From a virus (taxonomy: Duplodnaviria; Caudoviricetes), in IMG/VR virus record IMGVR_UViG_3300020043_005195, positions 1 through 48,482 of that record: a stretch of DNA of 48,482 bases. One strand, 5' to 3'. Shown piece by piece: positions 12,001-20,534 of the stretch. A program made the translations under genes and the position numbers. Numbering within the stretch: position 1 is the first letter of the stretch; each line of letters starts with the position of its first letter. Under the pieces are notes generated by a model. That model did no database searches. It saw nothing but the letters and a program-made list of their open reading frames with translations, and had not been told where the DNA came from.

Positions 12001-13399
12001 CCCAATGCAGAATACCAGTATGGCTAAGTCAAGAACTAGCGATCAGTACAATTTGAATTTTAATTTATCTCGAATTACCTATGATCTTCAGAACCACATG
12101 AAGGTAGCTCTAATGCGTAAAACTCTCCACGATACTGGAAAATTCCTAAGCCATCCAATGATCAAAGAGACTATCTCTAAGCACCGTAAAGATATCTACT
12201 CTCAGATAATTCGCCCATGGTTCGAGCGTACTGCGCTCCAGAGATACTCTGCTGCCGGAGTTCCCTTCTTTGATGGGGTCTTTAACATTCTTAGACGAGG
12301 GACTTATATGAAAGCCTTCCTCTTTAACTTTAAGAGTATGGCCAAGCAGTACCTAGGTCTTGTTCCTGTGACGAAGGAAGTAGGCGCACTTCGAGTTGCT
12401 CATCAGATGCTAAAAAATCTTCACTCTCCTTCAGGCTATAGAGCAGCCAGAGATAGAGTTTCCAGTATGTCGCCTTCAATGAAAAACAGATTGGCAAGAC
12501 ACTACTCTAACCTTCATAGAGATCTAGATGAGCTGTCGAAGTCAGGTGGGTGGATAGCGGATACAAAAAACTGGGCGAACAGAATGTCTAGTTTACTTAT
12601 CCAAGCGGCACAAGGAACAGTCGACGTCGTAGTATTCGAAGCAGCTTACGACAAGGCTTTAGACTTAGGACTCAAGGGTCAGGACGCCACTAACTACGCT
12701 TACGACGTGGTAGTTAAGACACAATCATCGACGAATATAGCGGAAGCTCCTCGTGCATTTTTTGGCACTGGAACGGAGAAGCTCTTTGTTCAGTTTGCTA
12801 CCTATAACGTAGCAGCGTTTAATCAGTACTACATGGCTTACTCTAGAAACAGAGACAGCAAATGGGGCGCAGGATGGGCGCTAATAACTACTTCAGCTAT
12901 GGTCTCTATGCTCCCTCTTCTTTTAGAAAGTGCGCTGTTCTCCATGCTTCCTGAGATGCTAGGGATGGGCGACGATGAAGACGAGAAGAAAAAGAAGAAA
13001 GATAAATCAGTGACCGATGAAGTTCTAACTCGCTCAGCTCTAGGCATGATGTCTCACACTGCTCCGATAGTAGGGGACATAGCAGGTCGGGTAATGTTCG
13101 GGGAGAATAGAGTACGCCCGTTCCCTGCCGCTGCAGTATTTGACGATGCCATGACAGTTCGGAGAGCCATAGATAAGAAAGGCTACGGCGTGGATATGAC
13201 AGATAAAGAGTTCAGAACCATGATGGACTTTGGAACGACTTGGCTTAACCTTCCGCTCAATATTGTCAATAAGACTATGGATCTTGGAGACACCATAATG
13301 CCAGACTCCAGACAGGAAAAAGCTAGAGCTAAGATGAAGAGAAAAGCTCAGCTTAAGCGGGCGAGACTCCTGAAAAAGCGCGAAGATAATAGAAGATAG
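6071..13399 (+). CDS. Large internal virion protein with N-terminal GH24-type lysozyme and internal HExxH domain
   Basis: 2442 aa; 'SEGFASKPYKDT..MAIGYG' and 'DFAYNMG' lysozyme motifs; 'MHEFGH...HETFA' zincin-like motif. Confidence 0.8.
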   Translation: MLEYNDDIVNEIKKSEGFASKPYKDTTKMAIGYGQNDFDPKIKSVTEKQADKMLRSHMDKLSKEINAELKVSDFTPGQVKTIYDFAYNMGVPKMKKHGLFKKLNDGDLEGFGNAIKKFTKATYYKTDRFGRELKDRRGNPIPVLKEVPALVKRRDERLKWWNEGTPKTQSNNSLDFDFNSFENEFEKSLPEQERNRLQGASTALQAVAPEQLKGDVAPELDFDAFESQFNSADPNTPTRNMRGQISQAARGGDETRVLAEEEAFRLHKQYGVPLEEAKQKLRGQSFDDIISGIDIDNVTQTNPRTAEFITNPDNYVMYRQDPETMKKLDEGVSYFSEFGTAAMRSFRDSVPETAYIMAEVNGMMSREDMIRELQTIQKRKNSDEALSYDADIAEVNRVTESSKKKLAKGLQGIEDFYDLENNPSTNFKQLVQQYKDGIESGIMTAESVYDLMKAYITHPGASGIMLGKSAAGMAIPIAAGVVGTKAGIWAGAPMGPKGSLVLGTVGGIGSTFVSSAVMSYSSYISQEMEKYRQKDGTIDYNAFFSKENYPVIKDAAFRYAVAQGALSSIQIKLLGQFFGRTVGAETAKAVAKEAVKTPVKSILVSSLGKVKTAATGVAKEAVSQGASEFAEEAIPSYIARRARTDLGELTVEDYADNFINSVSEGYLGAKAGSVIGPVAAAFKYPERFKQKKKEEKAKAASERVKERTDKKAADTQSTIKTESELRSKVASVVNTVEEATNSIRSFEQSQEIRETLKNSKTKNKYPEKTREFINSILNPKPEVKPAETVVPEDIGKVDDAIAVKEFDDEVVGKNPYVSISAEDLADILLMQGKSPDKVVKLMGTNIYADYGKAKENRGDIEIPIADWYMATEEHPELEVAARYNGAKFSPLEAESVLNQFGDNPFTMFSEGEMDGDVPPPIPGTGTPPSSGEVRIEPPSEKPSIHASGDVSIATADADPKTQDTQFIEDGPTPGPYDKETNLKPVSVFGRFKNAGEREVHKKIHQQLSLALAETNMDDAEIRIAADIQFNRVRYRAQVLGKDIRDIKDRFTFKKMSADEAKLRPNSVAFADPLPNNSYFDFRVVFRRDSKINTVMHEFGHTWLYEMSEDWELMHSIPEESLTPEQKDYKEAMDTLNGIFQEKGFLPANETIASINNVEWFSLPESHPKRIEEIKKRKLIHETFAQSAEKFFLEGDFENTKMKRVLEVFRKFFTRMAEFVGRAYERQGIFPLQISPEVQRVFKAILDLNQKQEEILYPMLSEPTFDSKILGARAGAHMEAVKAAHDHTIGKFYNEAFRQKLSEREKEIKKMQAFAEKTAAERVDSLPSMQMLRDFYSAAEDFRNGNAESSPTISHESFVRDLFDGNEAAAMEYKKQISSLFVAGKKKGGADAREIMANYNIGSKKAMVDAMVEASARDRLIDEEANAIYEKMLPTLKTNEELHDLAVEAVQNKSKEKYLRLEMEFLMDMARPQFKQMMGTVAAPAGDIAKKISPEFIEGAADKIVRDTRVKALRPMTFINRSDRFGRSASKKFQAGDFIGAFEDKQMQAVYFEAFKRSEKQRKILAKTRKQVERLTRRSLKTLSKSYDEDVVTYLRGVIQMIRMNQVQAIPHLNAENFHNSYIIADHQVESINATLDSFKSLMMGKYVGDPTVEAWLELSNFQNQVMSLADGTLSVQRDLKKVKLLESVTEGAKQIITGQSDTSGIGNDNTGAAMLADAYEKIVQQAGLNKYLQSVLYIRSIFASMFKSDADFVKSELGKQYYETVDASSTFDNAFSEEMASIEKMVRKVIRQDKGLAKVYGPLLRAAPIDKFKKTPIVSEHLGVTFEDKSEIIMLMLYMGSESGRIKVLSGGYKGQKLGRLDVMAQIDKNGEANIVEVQAAIDALIDEGVITQADLDFVQAIFDTFAKYHEDVKSAIKYTDGYTPGTIEAKSFETKLGTIKGGYIPLASDGNYLSDREKRDDVLNLDADSKYIMDLYPMQNTSMAKSRTSDQYNLNFNLSRITYDLQNHMKVALMRKTLHDTGKFLSHPMIKETISKHRKDIYSQIIRPWFERTALQRYSAAGVPFFDGVFNILRRGTYMKAFLFNFKSMAKQYLGLVPVTKEVGALRVAHQMLKNLHSPSGYRAARDRVSSMSPSMKNRLARHYSNLHRDLDELSKSGGWIADTKNWANRMSSLLIQAAQGTVDVVVFEAAYDKALDLGLKGQDATNYAYDVVVKTQSSTNIAEAPRAFFGTGTEKLFVQFATYNVAAFNQYYMAYSRNRDSKWGAGWALITTSAMVSMLPLLLESALFSMLPEMLGMGDDEDEKKKKKDKSVTDEVLTRSALGMMSHTAPIVGDIAGRVMFGENRVRPFPAAAVFDDAMTVRRAIDKKGYGVDMTDKEFRTMMDFGTTWLNLPLNIVNKTMDLGDTIMPDSRQEKARAKMKRKAQLKRARLLKKREDNRR

Positions 13400-13484
13400 T
13401 TAGTAAGCGCGGCGTCAACAGCTTTAATGCGAGACACGCGCGAAATTTTTATTTACAATTTAAGAAGCTTAATTAGGAGAATCC

Positions 13485-16400
13485 ATGTCTATTTCTGAGG
13501 CCACCGACTCGATCGTAAAATATCTCGGCAACGATACTGCAGACACGTTCTCTATTACATTTCCAACTTACGACGACACTGATATCGAAGTTCAAGTTGA
13601 GGACGAAGCTACAGGGTTGCTCACTGATCTAGTGAAGGACACAGACTACACACTAGACAACGTAGGGATCCCAAACACTAATGCCTCACTCACACTAATC
13701 GATGCAGGTCAGGACTGGATATTTCCTACGACAAATAACCTCGCCGATGGTTACAGAATTATAATCAGGTTTTCAGAAGATCCATATCAGACTTCTAATA
13801 TGCAAAACCTTGGCCGCTTCTCAGCTTCAGTTTTTGAGATGGCTTTAGATAGAGCTACCATGTTCATTAAGGCACTATTCACAAAGCTAGGTAGAGCCCC
13901 ACTAATGAGCCACAAGGACATCGACGCGGGCTTTGATCCATCTATCCCTCAAATAACAGGGAACGGCACTAAGGTACTAAGAATCAACGCTACAGAGGAC
14001 GCTTGGGAGTTCGCTGCTCCAGCCGCTGGTCCTACAGGACCACAAGGTATTCAAGGCGATCCCGGTCCTACTGGGCCCACAGGTCCTACTGGTCCTACTG
14101 GTCCTACTGGTCCTACGGGCGCGACTGGTGCCACAGGTGCTACTGGTGCGACGGGTGCTACTGGTGCGACTGGGCCCACAGGTCCTGCCGGTCCTACGGG
14201 CGCGACGGGTGCCACAGGCGCGACTGGTCCGCAAGGTATTCAAGGAGATCCGGGCGAAGGCGTAGCGGCAGGCGGAACGGCAGGGCAAGTACTGTCGAAG
14301 ATTGATGGCGTCGACTATAATACACAGTGGGTAACTCCGACTGCCATAATCACAGATCACACTGCTTTATCTAACATCGGAACTTTCACCCACGCGCAGA
14401 TAGATACTCATATCGGAAGTACTTCGAATCCTCACTCGGTTACGGCAGATCAAATTCTGCCTACGCAGACCGGGAACAATGGAAAATATTTAACCACTGA
14501 CGGTTCTAACAGCTCATGGGCTACAGTATCTGGCGGAGGAGGAACACCGGGCGGATCAGATACACAAGTGCAGTTCAATGATGGAGGCTCTTTTGGCGGT
14601 GATGCTAATTTAGTTTTCGATAAGACGAATGACTCACTAAATATTCAAACTACTTTAAAGCAGCACCCAATACATGCTAACGCAGCCACTGGTCAGACAA
14701 TTAATAACGTGACCACGGCAAGCGTAAGTCAAACCACTGAGTCGCTTAACTCTTCCCCTACAGGCACCATTACTCTGATATCGGAGTTCGTAGCTCCTTC
14801 AGGTTCTGGGGCTACTCAAGATACAATGGGTTCTGGGTATAGTGCTTCAGGACAGGTTGTAGATTATAATATTTACGCTGTAATACTCGCAGACGGAAAT
14901 TATTATAAGTCTCAATATTTTGAGTCTATCTCGTTTACGGATACTTTAAATGATGCCAGCCCATTTGCTATAGAGCTTACGTTTCCTGTAGCCGCTTCGG
15001 AGCAGACACATTGGTATATAGAGAAGCAGGTGAACGGTGGCGGATATAACGACTCTATCCTTGTGGCAATTGGCGGAGGATACACTGATAGTGCTTGGTC
15101 AGGGACAGTATCGACAAACGCATGGCCTACATATTACACACTAACTTACACTACACCAACCGCTCCGAGTGCTGATTCTGCTCAAGAAATAAATATAGGG
15201 TTCGGAAACCTCACCGAGAACGGTACTACCTATTCATGGGAAATACGCTCAGCTTCTAACGTATCAAGCACATACTATTGTGAACAGACAGGGCTTACTG
15301 GAAACTCTTTCACAGATGCCAACGCTGCTAACACCTTTGACCTTCAGATTGATTGGACTCCGGGAGCAGGCGACGAACAAGTAATCAGAATATCTCTTGA
15401 TGGAGGCTCTAACTGGACTTACCACTTTGTAGGTTCAATGACAGGTCAGTTTGTTTATACAGGACAATCTAACGATTCCGGAGCTACTACAGCATGGTCT
15501 AATGATATCGCGTCTGTTCAAAAGCAATATGCTTTTAAATGTTATGGAGCTACATTGGCACCTAGTGGTAGCTCCTTAGTTTATAACCCAACCGCCTCTA
15601 CGTATTACGGAACGATAACTACTCCTAACATTGCTTATATATTTAGGCACGCTCTTGCAGGACTTCCGGGTGCAGGAGGAAAGATAATAGCGGACTACAA
15701 TACAGGAGTGTCTAACGGTAAAGTAGTCACCGCTGACTTTGTAGATGTGGGGTATAACACTTGGGCTGATGGTACAACCATAACTCCAGACCATTTCGGA
15801 TTCACTGGCACAGCGCAAGTCAGAGAGTATAAGCTTTATGGGTACTCAGGTTCTTTACTTATCTACTCTGCGACTGCTTACACTGTCTCTACTTCTGATA
15901 CAGGTGGGTATAAATATAACACCGTCTCATTCTCATTTCCTTCAGGTGTGACTACAGTGAAGATCACTAGAGGTATTAATGGAGCCGCTCACAATGCAGC
16001 TGCAATAATAAACTCTCCATCGACCTCTATTATCGACGATGCTTTATCTTCCTCTTGGGGGCAATCAACAACTGTATCTCCGACTACATCAGTTCCTACC
16101 ACAGTCAGATTTGACCATGCTAGACCTGCTATTGGACAAGCCACCGATAACCTACTTATCTGCGATACATCTGGCTCAGGTACTCGCTATCCTTCTATAG
16201 CTTTCTCGGTAGCAGCCAATACGACATCAGCTCATTCTTCTGCATTTTCAAGGATTGTGGCTAACTCATCTACAGGTAGACTACTGTTAGGAGCAGGTGG
16301 AATAGAAGGCTATAATAGCTCTATCCTAGGTACACAAATATTTAACCTTGGACACTCTAACGATTTTAACTTACAAAAATCTTCTACAGTACACGCGACT

Positions 16401-17306
16401 TTTTGGGCTAACGATGCGTCTAACCCCCTAGCCTACTTCTATAGTGCAGGCGACTCGAATCGCGGTACGGCTTACTTCGGTCAAAACTCAGTAGCCTTCG
16501 GTGGGACATCTAAGGTATGTATCGCACCAACGGCAGGAGGTACTACAGCCCTACACTTCAGAAGAACTTCTGGGTTCTCAGGTGACAATATTTTAATAGA
16601 TGAAGCAGGGTCTTTTAAAGCAGGCTGGGGCGCGGCTGGTAGAATGTTCTTAAACTCTACAGCTGTATCATCTACTACATATCTTTTGATCGGTGGACTA
16701 AGCTCAGGGTCACAGATGAGACTAGCCGCTTCGACTACTAGCCCATCTGTCGAAGGTGACATCTGGAACGACGGTACTCAGAAATGCTTAGCTGCTTACG
16801 TTGATGGAGTAAGGCAGTTTGACTCTAGAGTTTTATTTACTCAGACAGCTACAGGCACTGCAGCCAATACAGCATCAGAGACAACTATCTCTAGTACAGG
16901 CGTGGGAACGCTTACTCTTCCAGCTAACTTCTTTGTAGCTGGTAAGACGCTTAAGCTTAAAGCTTATGGATTCCATAGCTCAGTCTCTAACCCTAACTTA
17001 ACTATTAAAGTTAAACTAGGTTCTACTGTAATCTGTACTACAGGCGCTCACGCTGTTCACAACGGTACTAACCACTCAATTGAAATCGAGGCGATGATAA
17101 CTTGCAGGACTGCCGGAGTAAGTGGAACAGTATTTGGTCAGGGGATGGTTCACGATAACACTGACAATATCCCTATGGTGAATACTGCAGCTACTACACT
17201 AAATACAACTACTTCTCAGGCGCTAACTGTGACAGCTCAATGGAGTGCTGCGAGTGCGTCGAATACCATATCACTAACAAATTTAGCATTAGAGGTTTTA
17301 GCATGA
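13485..17306 (+). CDS. Tail fibre 1 with collagen-like segment
   Basis: 1273 aa; T7 gp17-like N-terminal adaptor ('[15 protein letters not shown]'), Gly-X-Y run, '[13 protein letters not shown]', Thr/Ser/Gly-rich beta domains. Confidence 0.85.
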   Translation: MSISEATDSIVKYLGNDTADTFSITFPTYDDTDIEVQVEDEATGLLTDLVKDTDYTLDNVGIPNTNASLTLIDAGQDWIFPTTNNLADGYRIIIRFSEDPYQTSNMQNLGRFSASVFEMALDRATMFIKALFTKLGRAPLMSHKDIDAGFDPSIPQITGNGTKVLRINATEDAWEFAAPAAGPTGPQGIQGDPGPTGPTGPTGPTGPTGPTGATGATGATGATGATGATGPTGPAGPTGATGATGATGPQGIQGDPGEGVAAGGTAGQVLSKIDGVDYNTQWVTPTAIITDHTALSNIGTFTHAQIDTHIGSTSNPHSVTADQILPTQTGNNGKYLTTDGSNSSWATVSGGGGTPGGSDTQVQFNDGGSFGGDANLVFDKTNDSLNIQTTLKQHPIHANAATGQTINNVTTASVSQTTESLNSSPTGTITLISEFVAPSGSGATQDTMGSGYSASGQVVDYNIYAVILADGNYYKSQYFESISFTDTLNDASPFAIELTFPVAASEQTHWYIEKQVNGGGYNDSILVAIGGGYTDSAWSGTVSTNAWPTYYTLTYTTPTAPSADSAQEINIGFGNLTENGTTYSWEIRSASNVSSTYYCEQTGLTGNSFTDANAANTFDLQIDWTPGAGDEQVIRISLDGGSNWTYHFVGSMTGQFVYTGQSNDSGATTAWSNDIASVQKQYAFKCYGATLAPSGSSLVYNPTASTYYGTITTPNIAYIFRHALAGLPGAGGKIIADYNTGVSNGKVVTADFVDVGYNTWADGTTITPDHFGFTGTAQVREYKLYGYSGSLLIYSATAYTVSTSDTGGYKYNTVSFSFPSGVTTVKITRGINGAAHNAAAIINSPSTSIIDDALSSSWGQSTTVSPTTSVPTTVRFDHARPAIGQATDNLLICDTSGSGTRYPSIAFSVAANTTSAHSSAFSRIVANSSTGRLLLGAGGIEGYNSSILGTQIFNLGHSNDFNLQKSSTVHATFWANDASNPLAYFYSAGDSNRGTAYFGQNSVAFGGTSKVCIAPTAGGTTALHFRRTSGFSGDNILIDEAGSFKAGWGAAGRMFLNSTAVSSTTYLLIGGLSSGSQMRLAASTTSPSVEGDIWNDGTQKCLAAYVDGVRQFDSRVLFTQTATGTAANTASETTISSTGVGTLTLPANFFVAGKTLKLKAYGFHSSVSNPNLTIKVKLGSTVICTTGAHAVHNGTNHSIEIEAMITCRTAGVSGTVFGQGMVHDNTDNIPMVNTAATTLNTTTSQALTVTAQWSAASASNTISLTNLALEVLA
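14028..14252 (+). repeat. Collagen-like Gly-X-Y repeat (25 triplets, 9-bp period)
   Basis: GPT/GAT repeats bracketed by two GPQGIQGDP units. Confidence 0.95.
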
Positions 17307-17566
17307 GTTGGATTAAATCAATTGCGAGAGAAGATAACGGAGCGGTCGCCACTTACTGGGACGTCATCAGTGTAGTTTACAATCACAGAGAGCAGCTCAG
17401 TAATCTAACTGTAGGTGGATGGGTTGACGAGGAAGCCTACGCTAGTAATCTACAGCCTCTAATTCTGAAAGAGTGGATTATACCTGCAGGATTAAATCCT
17501 CAATTAGCCGCTGGTGCAGTAGCTTTTGTGTCGGGGTATGCTCAGTCTCAGCCTGAGTTTCAATAG
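17303..17566 (+). CDS. Small protein after fibre 1, possible fibre chaperone or accessory
   Basis: Start moved to ATG 17303 (ATGA overlap with fibre stop, GAGG upstream); 87 aa. Confidence 0.55.
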   Translation: MSWIKSIAREDNGAVATYWDVISVVYNHREQLSNLTVGGWVDEEAYASNLQPLILKEWIIPAGLNPQLAAGAVAFVSGYAQSQPEFQ

Positions 17567-17584
17567 TAAAAGAAAGGGGATTTT

Positions 17585-19267
17585 ATGGCAGTAGCACAGG
17601 GAACAGATTCAATAGTAAAATACACAGGTAATGGGAGCACTGATACTTTCGCTATCACTTTCCCTACCTTCGATGATACCGATATCGAGGTTCAGGTTGA
17701 GGAGATAGCCACCGGGCTTCTAACTGATCTGTCGCAGGGAACAGATTACACGCTTGACGACGTAGGCATCCCAAACACTAATGCCTCCTTGACTCTAGTC
17801 GATGCTAGTCAGGCTTGGGTTGATGGGGACGGGGATCTCATCACAGGGTACAGGCTCATAATTCGATTCTCAGAGGAAGCTTATCAGTCGACGAATCTTC
17901 AAAGTCTAGGGCGCTTCTCGGCTGCAAGTTTTGGAAATGCGCTGGACCGAACAGTTATGTTCATAAAGTCTTTACTCACTAAGCTCAACAGGATGCCAAT
18001 CATCAGCTACAAGGACATCGATGCGGGCTTTAATCCTGAACTCCCAGTCGTAGAGGCCAGTAAGTTTATAAAAATAAATAATGATGGAGATGGCTTTGAG
18101 TATGCGGAAGCCTCACTAAATAATATCGATAATGCTTCCATATCTAACACCGCTAATATAGCTAGGTCCAAGCTTGCCAGTGGAACTGCTAGTCACGTAT
18201 TGATAAATGACGGATCCGGAGTGATGAGTAGTGAAGCCACTCTCGCTAAATCTCGCGGAGGCGCAGGAGCCTCTATGACCTCAGTGACCTTCCCTTCTAC
18301 CGGGACTATAGCTACTCTTGCGGGAGTAGAGGCGCTCACCAACAAAGACATCGATGGAGGGACAGCCTCTAACACTAGCCGAATTACAGTGCCTAAAGCT
18401 GCCACCGCTACTCTGTCGGCGCTAACGAGAAAGCAGGGAACGATAGTTTACGATACTACGACGAATAGATTGTTTGCTGATAACGGTTCTAGTCTTCAGT
18501 CATTAAACGGTCTCAATGTAACTTCAAAGACTACGACGTATGTCGCTACTGTGGCTGACGACGTTATCCTGTGTGACGGTAGCGGCGGATCCTTCGTGGT
18601 CACTTTACCTCCTTGCTCTGGGCTGGCTGGAAAAGTGTTCATGTTTAAGCGTACTGATACGACGTTCACTAACTCCGTAACCATAGCGGCGGATAGTGAA
18701 TCAATCGACGGATTCGGATATAAACTTCTATACACTCAGAACGAGACAATTCGCATTGTGTGTGATGGCCTTAATTGGTATGTACTCGATAGATACTTCT
18801 ACGGTCCATGGCAGACAGGTGGAGTGCTGACAATTACGGGCACCACCACTAATCCGACTAAAGGCACGACGTCAAGGGATTCATCTTGGTGGAGGAGAGT
18901 CGGCGATTCAATTGAGCTTAGAATGGAATACCTACAGACTGCAGCGGGAGCCAACGGATCAGGGGACTATCTAATCGCTTTACCTACAGGTCTACAAATA
19001 GCTTTAAGTAGAGTGGCGGAATACTCGGCAGTAGAGGGAGCAGGAGTATGGCTAGTTCCTAACTGTGTAGGGACTTGTTTACTAGGGAACGGAACAGCCA
19101 ATGCAGTCGGTGGAGTGTTTGTACATGATGCCACTACGATCAGGCTGGCCACTGTCAATACGGCCCCGGGCGCGGGAGTTCTGGGCTCAGCCTACTTCTC
19201 TCTTGGAACTACGAACATATCTATATCGGCAAATATGACATTACCTATATCAGGATGGGACGCATGA
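17585..19267 (+). CDS. Tail fibre 2
   Basis: 560 aa; N-terminal ~165 aa paralogous to fibre 1; 'VTLPPCSGLAGKVFMFKRTD' and 'WRRVGDSIELR' fibre-type motifs. Confidence 0.85.
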   Translation: MAVAQGTDSIVKYTGNGSTDTFAITFPTFDDTDIEVQVEEIATGLLTDLSQGTDYTLDDVGIPNTNASLTLVDASQAWVDGDGDLITGYRLIIRFSEEAYQSTNLQSLGRFSAASFGNALDRTVMFIKSLLTKLNRMPIISYKDIDAGFNPELPVVEASKFIKINNDGDGFEYAEASLNNIDNASISNTANIARSKLASGTASHVLINDGSGVMSSEATLAKSRGGAGASMTSVTFPSTGTIATLAGVEALTNKDIDGGTASNTSRITVPKAATATLSALTRKQGTIVYDTTTNRLFADNGSSLQSLNGLNVTSKTTTYVATVADDVILCDGSGGSFVVTLPPCSGLAGKVFMFKRTDTTFTNSVTIAADSESIDGFGYKLLYTQNETIRIVCDGLNWYVLDRYFYGPWQTGGVLTITGTTTNPTKGTTSRDSSWWRRVGDSIELRMEYLQTAAGANGSGDYLIALPTGLQIALSRVAEYSAVEGAGVWLVPNCVGTCLLGNGTANAVGGVFVHDATTIRLATVNTAPGAGVLGSAYFSLGTTNISISANMTLPISGWDA

Positions 19268-19446
19268 GCGAGAAAATTGATTACATCTATGAGGAAGTTA
19301 AGGGTATGCGAGATGATCTTAAGGAGCTTCGTAAAGAGGTGATAATCCTTAAGACAGAGAAGAAGGTGAGCATTGCTTTCTTGACTGTTATAGTCTCTAC
19401 TATCTCAACTTTGTTTTTTAAATTTCTTGATGGTATTATCAAGTAA
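19264..19446 (+). CDS. Coiled-coil plus C-terminal TM protein, putative holin/antiholin
   Basis: ATG 19264 overlaps fibre 2 stop; one hydrophobic C-terminal segment. Confidence 0.5.
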   Translation: MSEKIDYIYEEVKGMRDDLKELRKEVIILKTEKKVSIAFLTVIVSTISTLFFKFLDGIIK

Positions 19447-19464
19447 ACCTAAGGAGGGTTTTAT

Positions 19465-19815
19465 ATGGTTAAGTTTTTACTATTTACATTTATCGCTTTT
19501 ATCGGAGTGGCCATTGGTCAAGAAGTTCCTTACGAGATCCCTGCGGAACTATCTACAATCTTAGCAGTTATGGGTCCATTACTTGGGGGCTTCGCACTTA
19601 AGTATCCTGTCATCGGCGATATTATCGGCATCATGATTACTTGTCGTATTATCATTAAGCCTTTGATGTCTGCATTGATTACAATAGCAGGGGATACTAA
19701 CATTAAGTTCTTAGATGATATCGCTAAGTTCGCTGATGGGAAGATCTACAAGCTTGTAGCTTTTATTCTTGACTGGGTATTCTCTATTAAGCTTCCTAAG
19801 AAGCCAGTGGTGTAA
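19465..19815 (+). CDS. Membrane protein, putative holin
   Basis: Strong SD (AAGGAGG), several hydrophobic segments, basic C-terminus. Confidence 0.5.
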   Translation: MVKFLLFTFIAFIGVAIGQEVPYEIPAELSTILAVMGPLLGGFALKYPVIGDIIGIMITCRIIIKPLMSALITIAGDTNIKFLDDIAKFADGKIYKLVAFILDWVFSIKLPKKPVV

Positions 19816-19817
19816 TC

Positions 19818-20048
19818 GTGGGTATCACGGAATCATTGATTAAGGCCCTTCAAGCGGGCCTTTCTATTTGGGATAACAAAGAGAAGACTAAGTACATAGA
19901 TAAGCTTCTCAAGCTTCGTAAGGAGTATTATGAAGAGTATAACAAAGATCGCCCTGATATGGCTCGCCTCGACAATATTAATTTTGAGCTGCAGCTTATC
20001 AGCGAAGTCTTTAGTTCCCAAGTTGGAATTAAGACGGCTCCGAATTAG
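19818..20048 (+). CDS. Small helical protein, possible i-spanin-like partner
   Basis: 76 aa, GTG start, overlaps the lipoprotein gene by 119 bp; lacks a clear TM helix. Confidence 0.4.
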   Translation: MGITESLIKALQAGLSIWDNKEKTKYIDKLLKLRKEYYEEYNKDRPDMARLDNINFELQLISEVFSSQVGIKTAPN

Positions 20049-20208
20049 TGTCGATAAACCGGGGTTCGAGTACGATTACTGCCTCAAGTACAAGTGGATC
20101 GGGGACGAGTGTAAAGAATGGGTAACGGAGTTCTTCGACTTCACTGATGAAAAGACTCGCCTTCATCTTAAGGCGCTTGGGTTCAAGCTGATAGTTGATA
20201 AGCCCTAA
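19930..20208 (+). CDS. Lipoprotein, putative o-spanin (Rz1-like)
   Basis: AAGGAG SD; signal peptide with lipobox-like 'ILS-C'; two further Cys; last gene of the lysis block. Confidence 0.55.
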   Translation: MKSITKIALIWLASTILILSCSLSAKSLVPKLELRRLRISVDKPGFEYDYCLKYKWIGDECKEWVTEFFDFTDEKTRLHLKALGFKLIVDKP

Positions 20209-20219
20209 TTTTACATATC

Positions 20220-20534
20220 CCATAACATCCTTTTATGGTGAGGGCGTGGTGAGATTATTTACCGATCGCCGCCCTCATGCTAACCAGAGGAGTAGTCGCC
20301 GTAGTTCGACTGCCGCATCCCACCCAACGTATGCATCACATAGACGGAACTCTTGCCACAAATCCTTTTGTGGTAGTTAGTTTAGGAAACCCAGAAAGGA
20401 TAAAACAAGTCTCCCGTAACTAAATTATAAGTATGAATTTCGTTGAGTTCAAGATAATATGCGTCCGAGTGGATCTGTCAGATTCTTACTGTCTATCCTT
20501 ATCGTCCAGCCGGTAAAGCTGGCAGATTCATTCG
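20220..20534 (+). ncRNA. Candidate structured non-coding RNA
   Basis: Dense hairpins, including a 16-bp helix 20466-20481/20519-20534; non-Watson-Crick positions are G-U on the + strand. Confidence 0.55.

Noticed and set aside
13406-13452. Terminator after the large ejection gene
   Set aside because: GCGCG/CGCGC stem is interrupted with a large loop and the T-tract is offset; too weak to call.
13977-14360. Alternative-frame ORFs over the collagen repeat
   Set aside because: By-products of the stop-free 9-bp periodic sequence.
13485-19267. Diversity-generating retroelement, as in BPP-1
   Set aside because: No reverse transcriptase ORF and no adenine-variable TR/VR pair seen; fibre similarity is N-terminal.
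20195-20380. 61-aa ORF in the structured intergenic region
   Set aside because: Non-ATG start, no SD, atypical composition; RNA structure explains the region better.
20340-20470. Group I intron core (AAGATA..GTCC resembles the S element)
   Set aside because: No P3/P4-P6 arrangement or interrupted gene could be built; kept only as an unclassified structured RNA.
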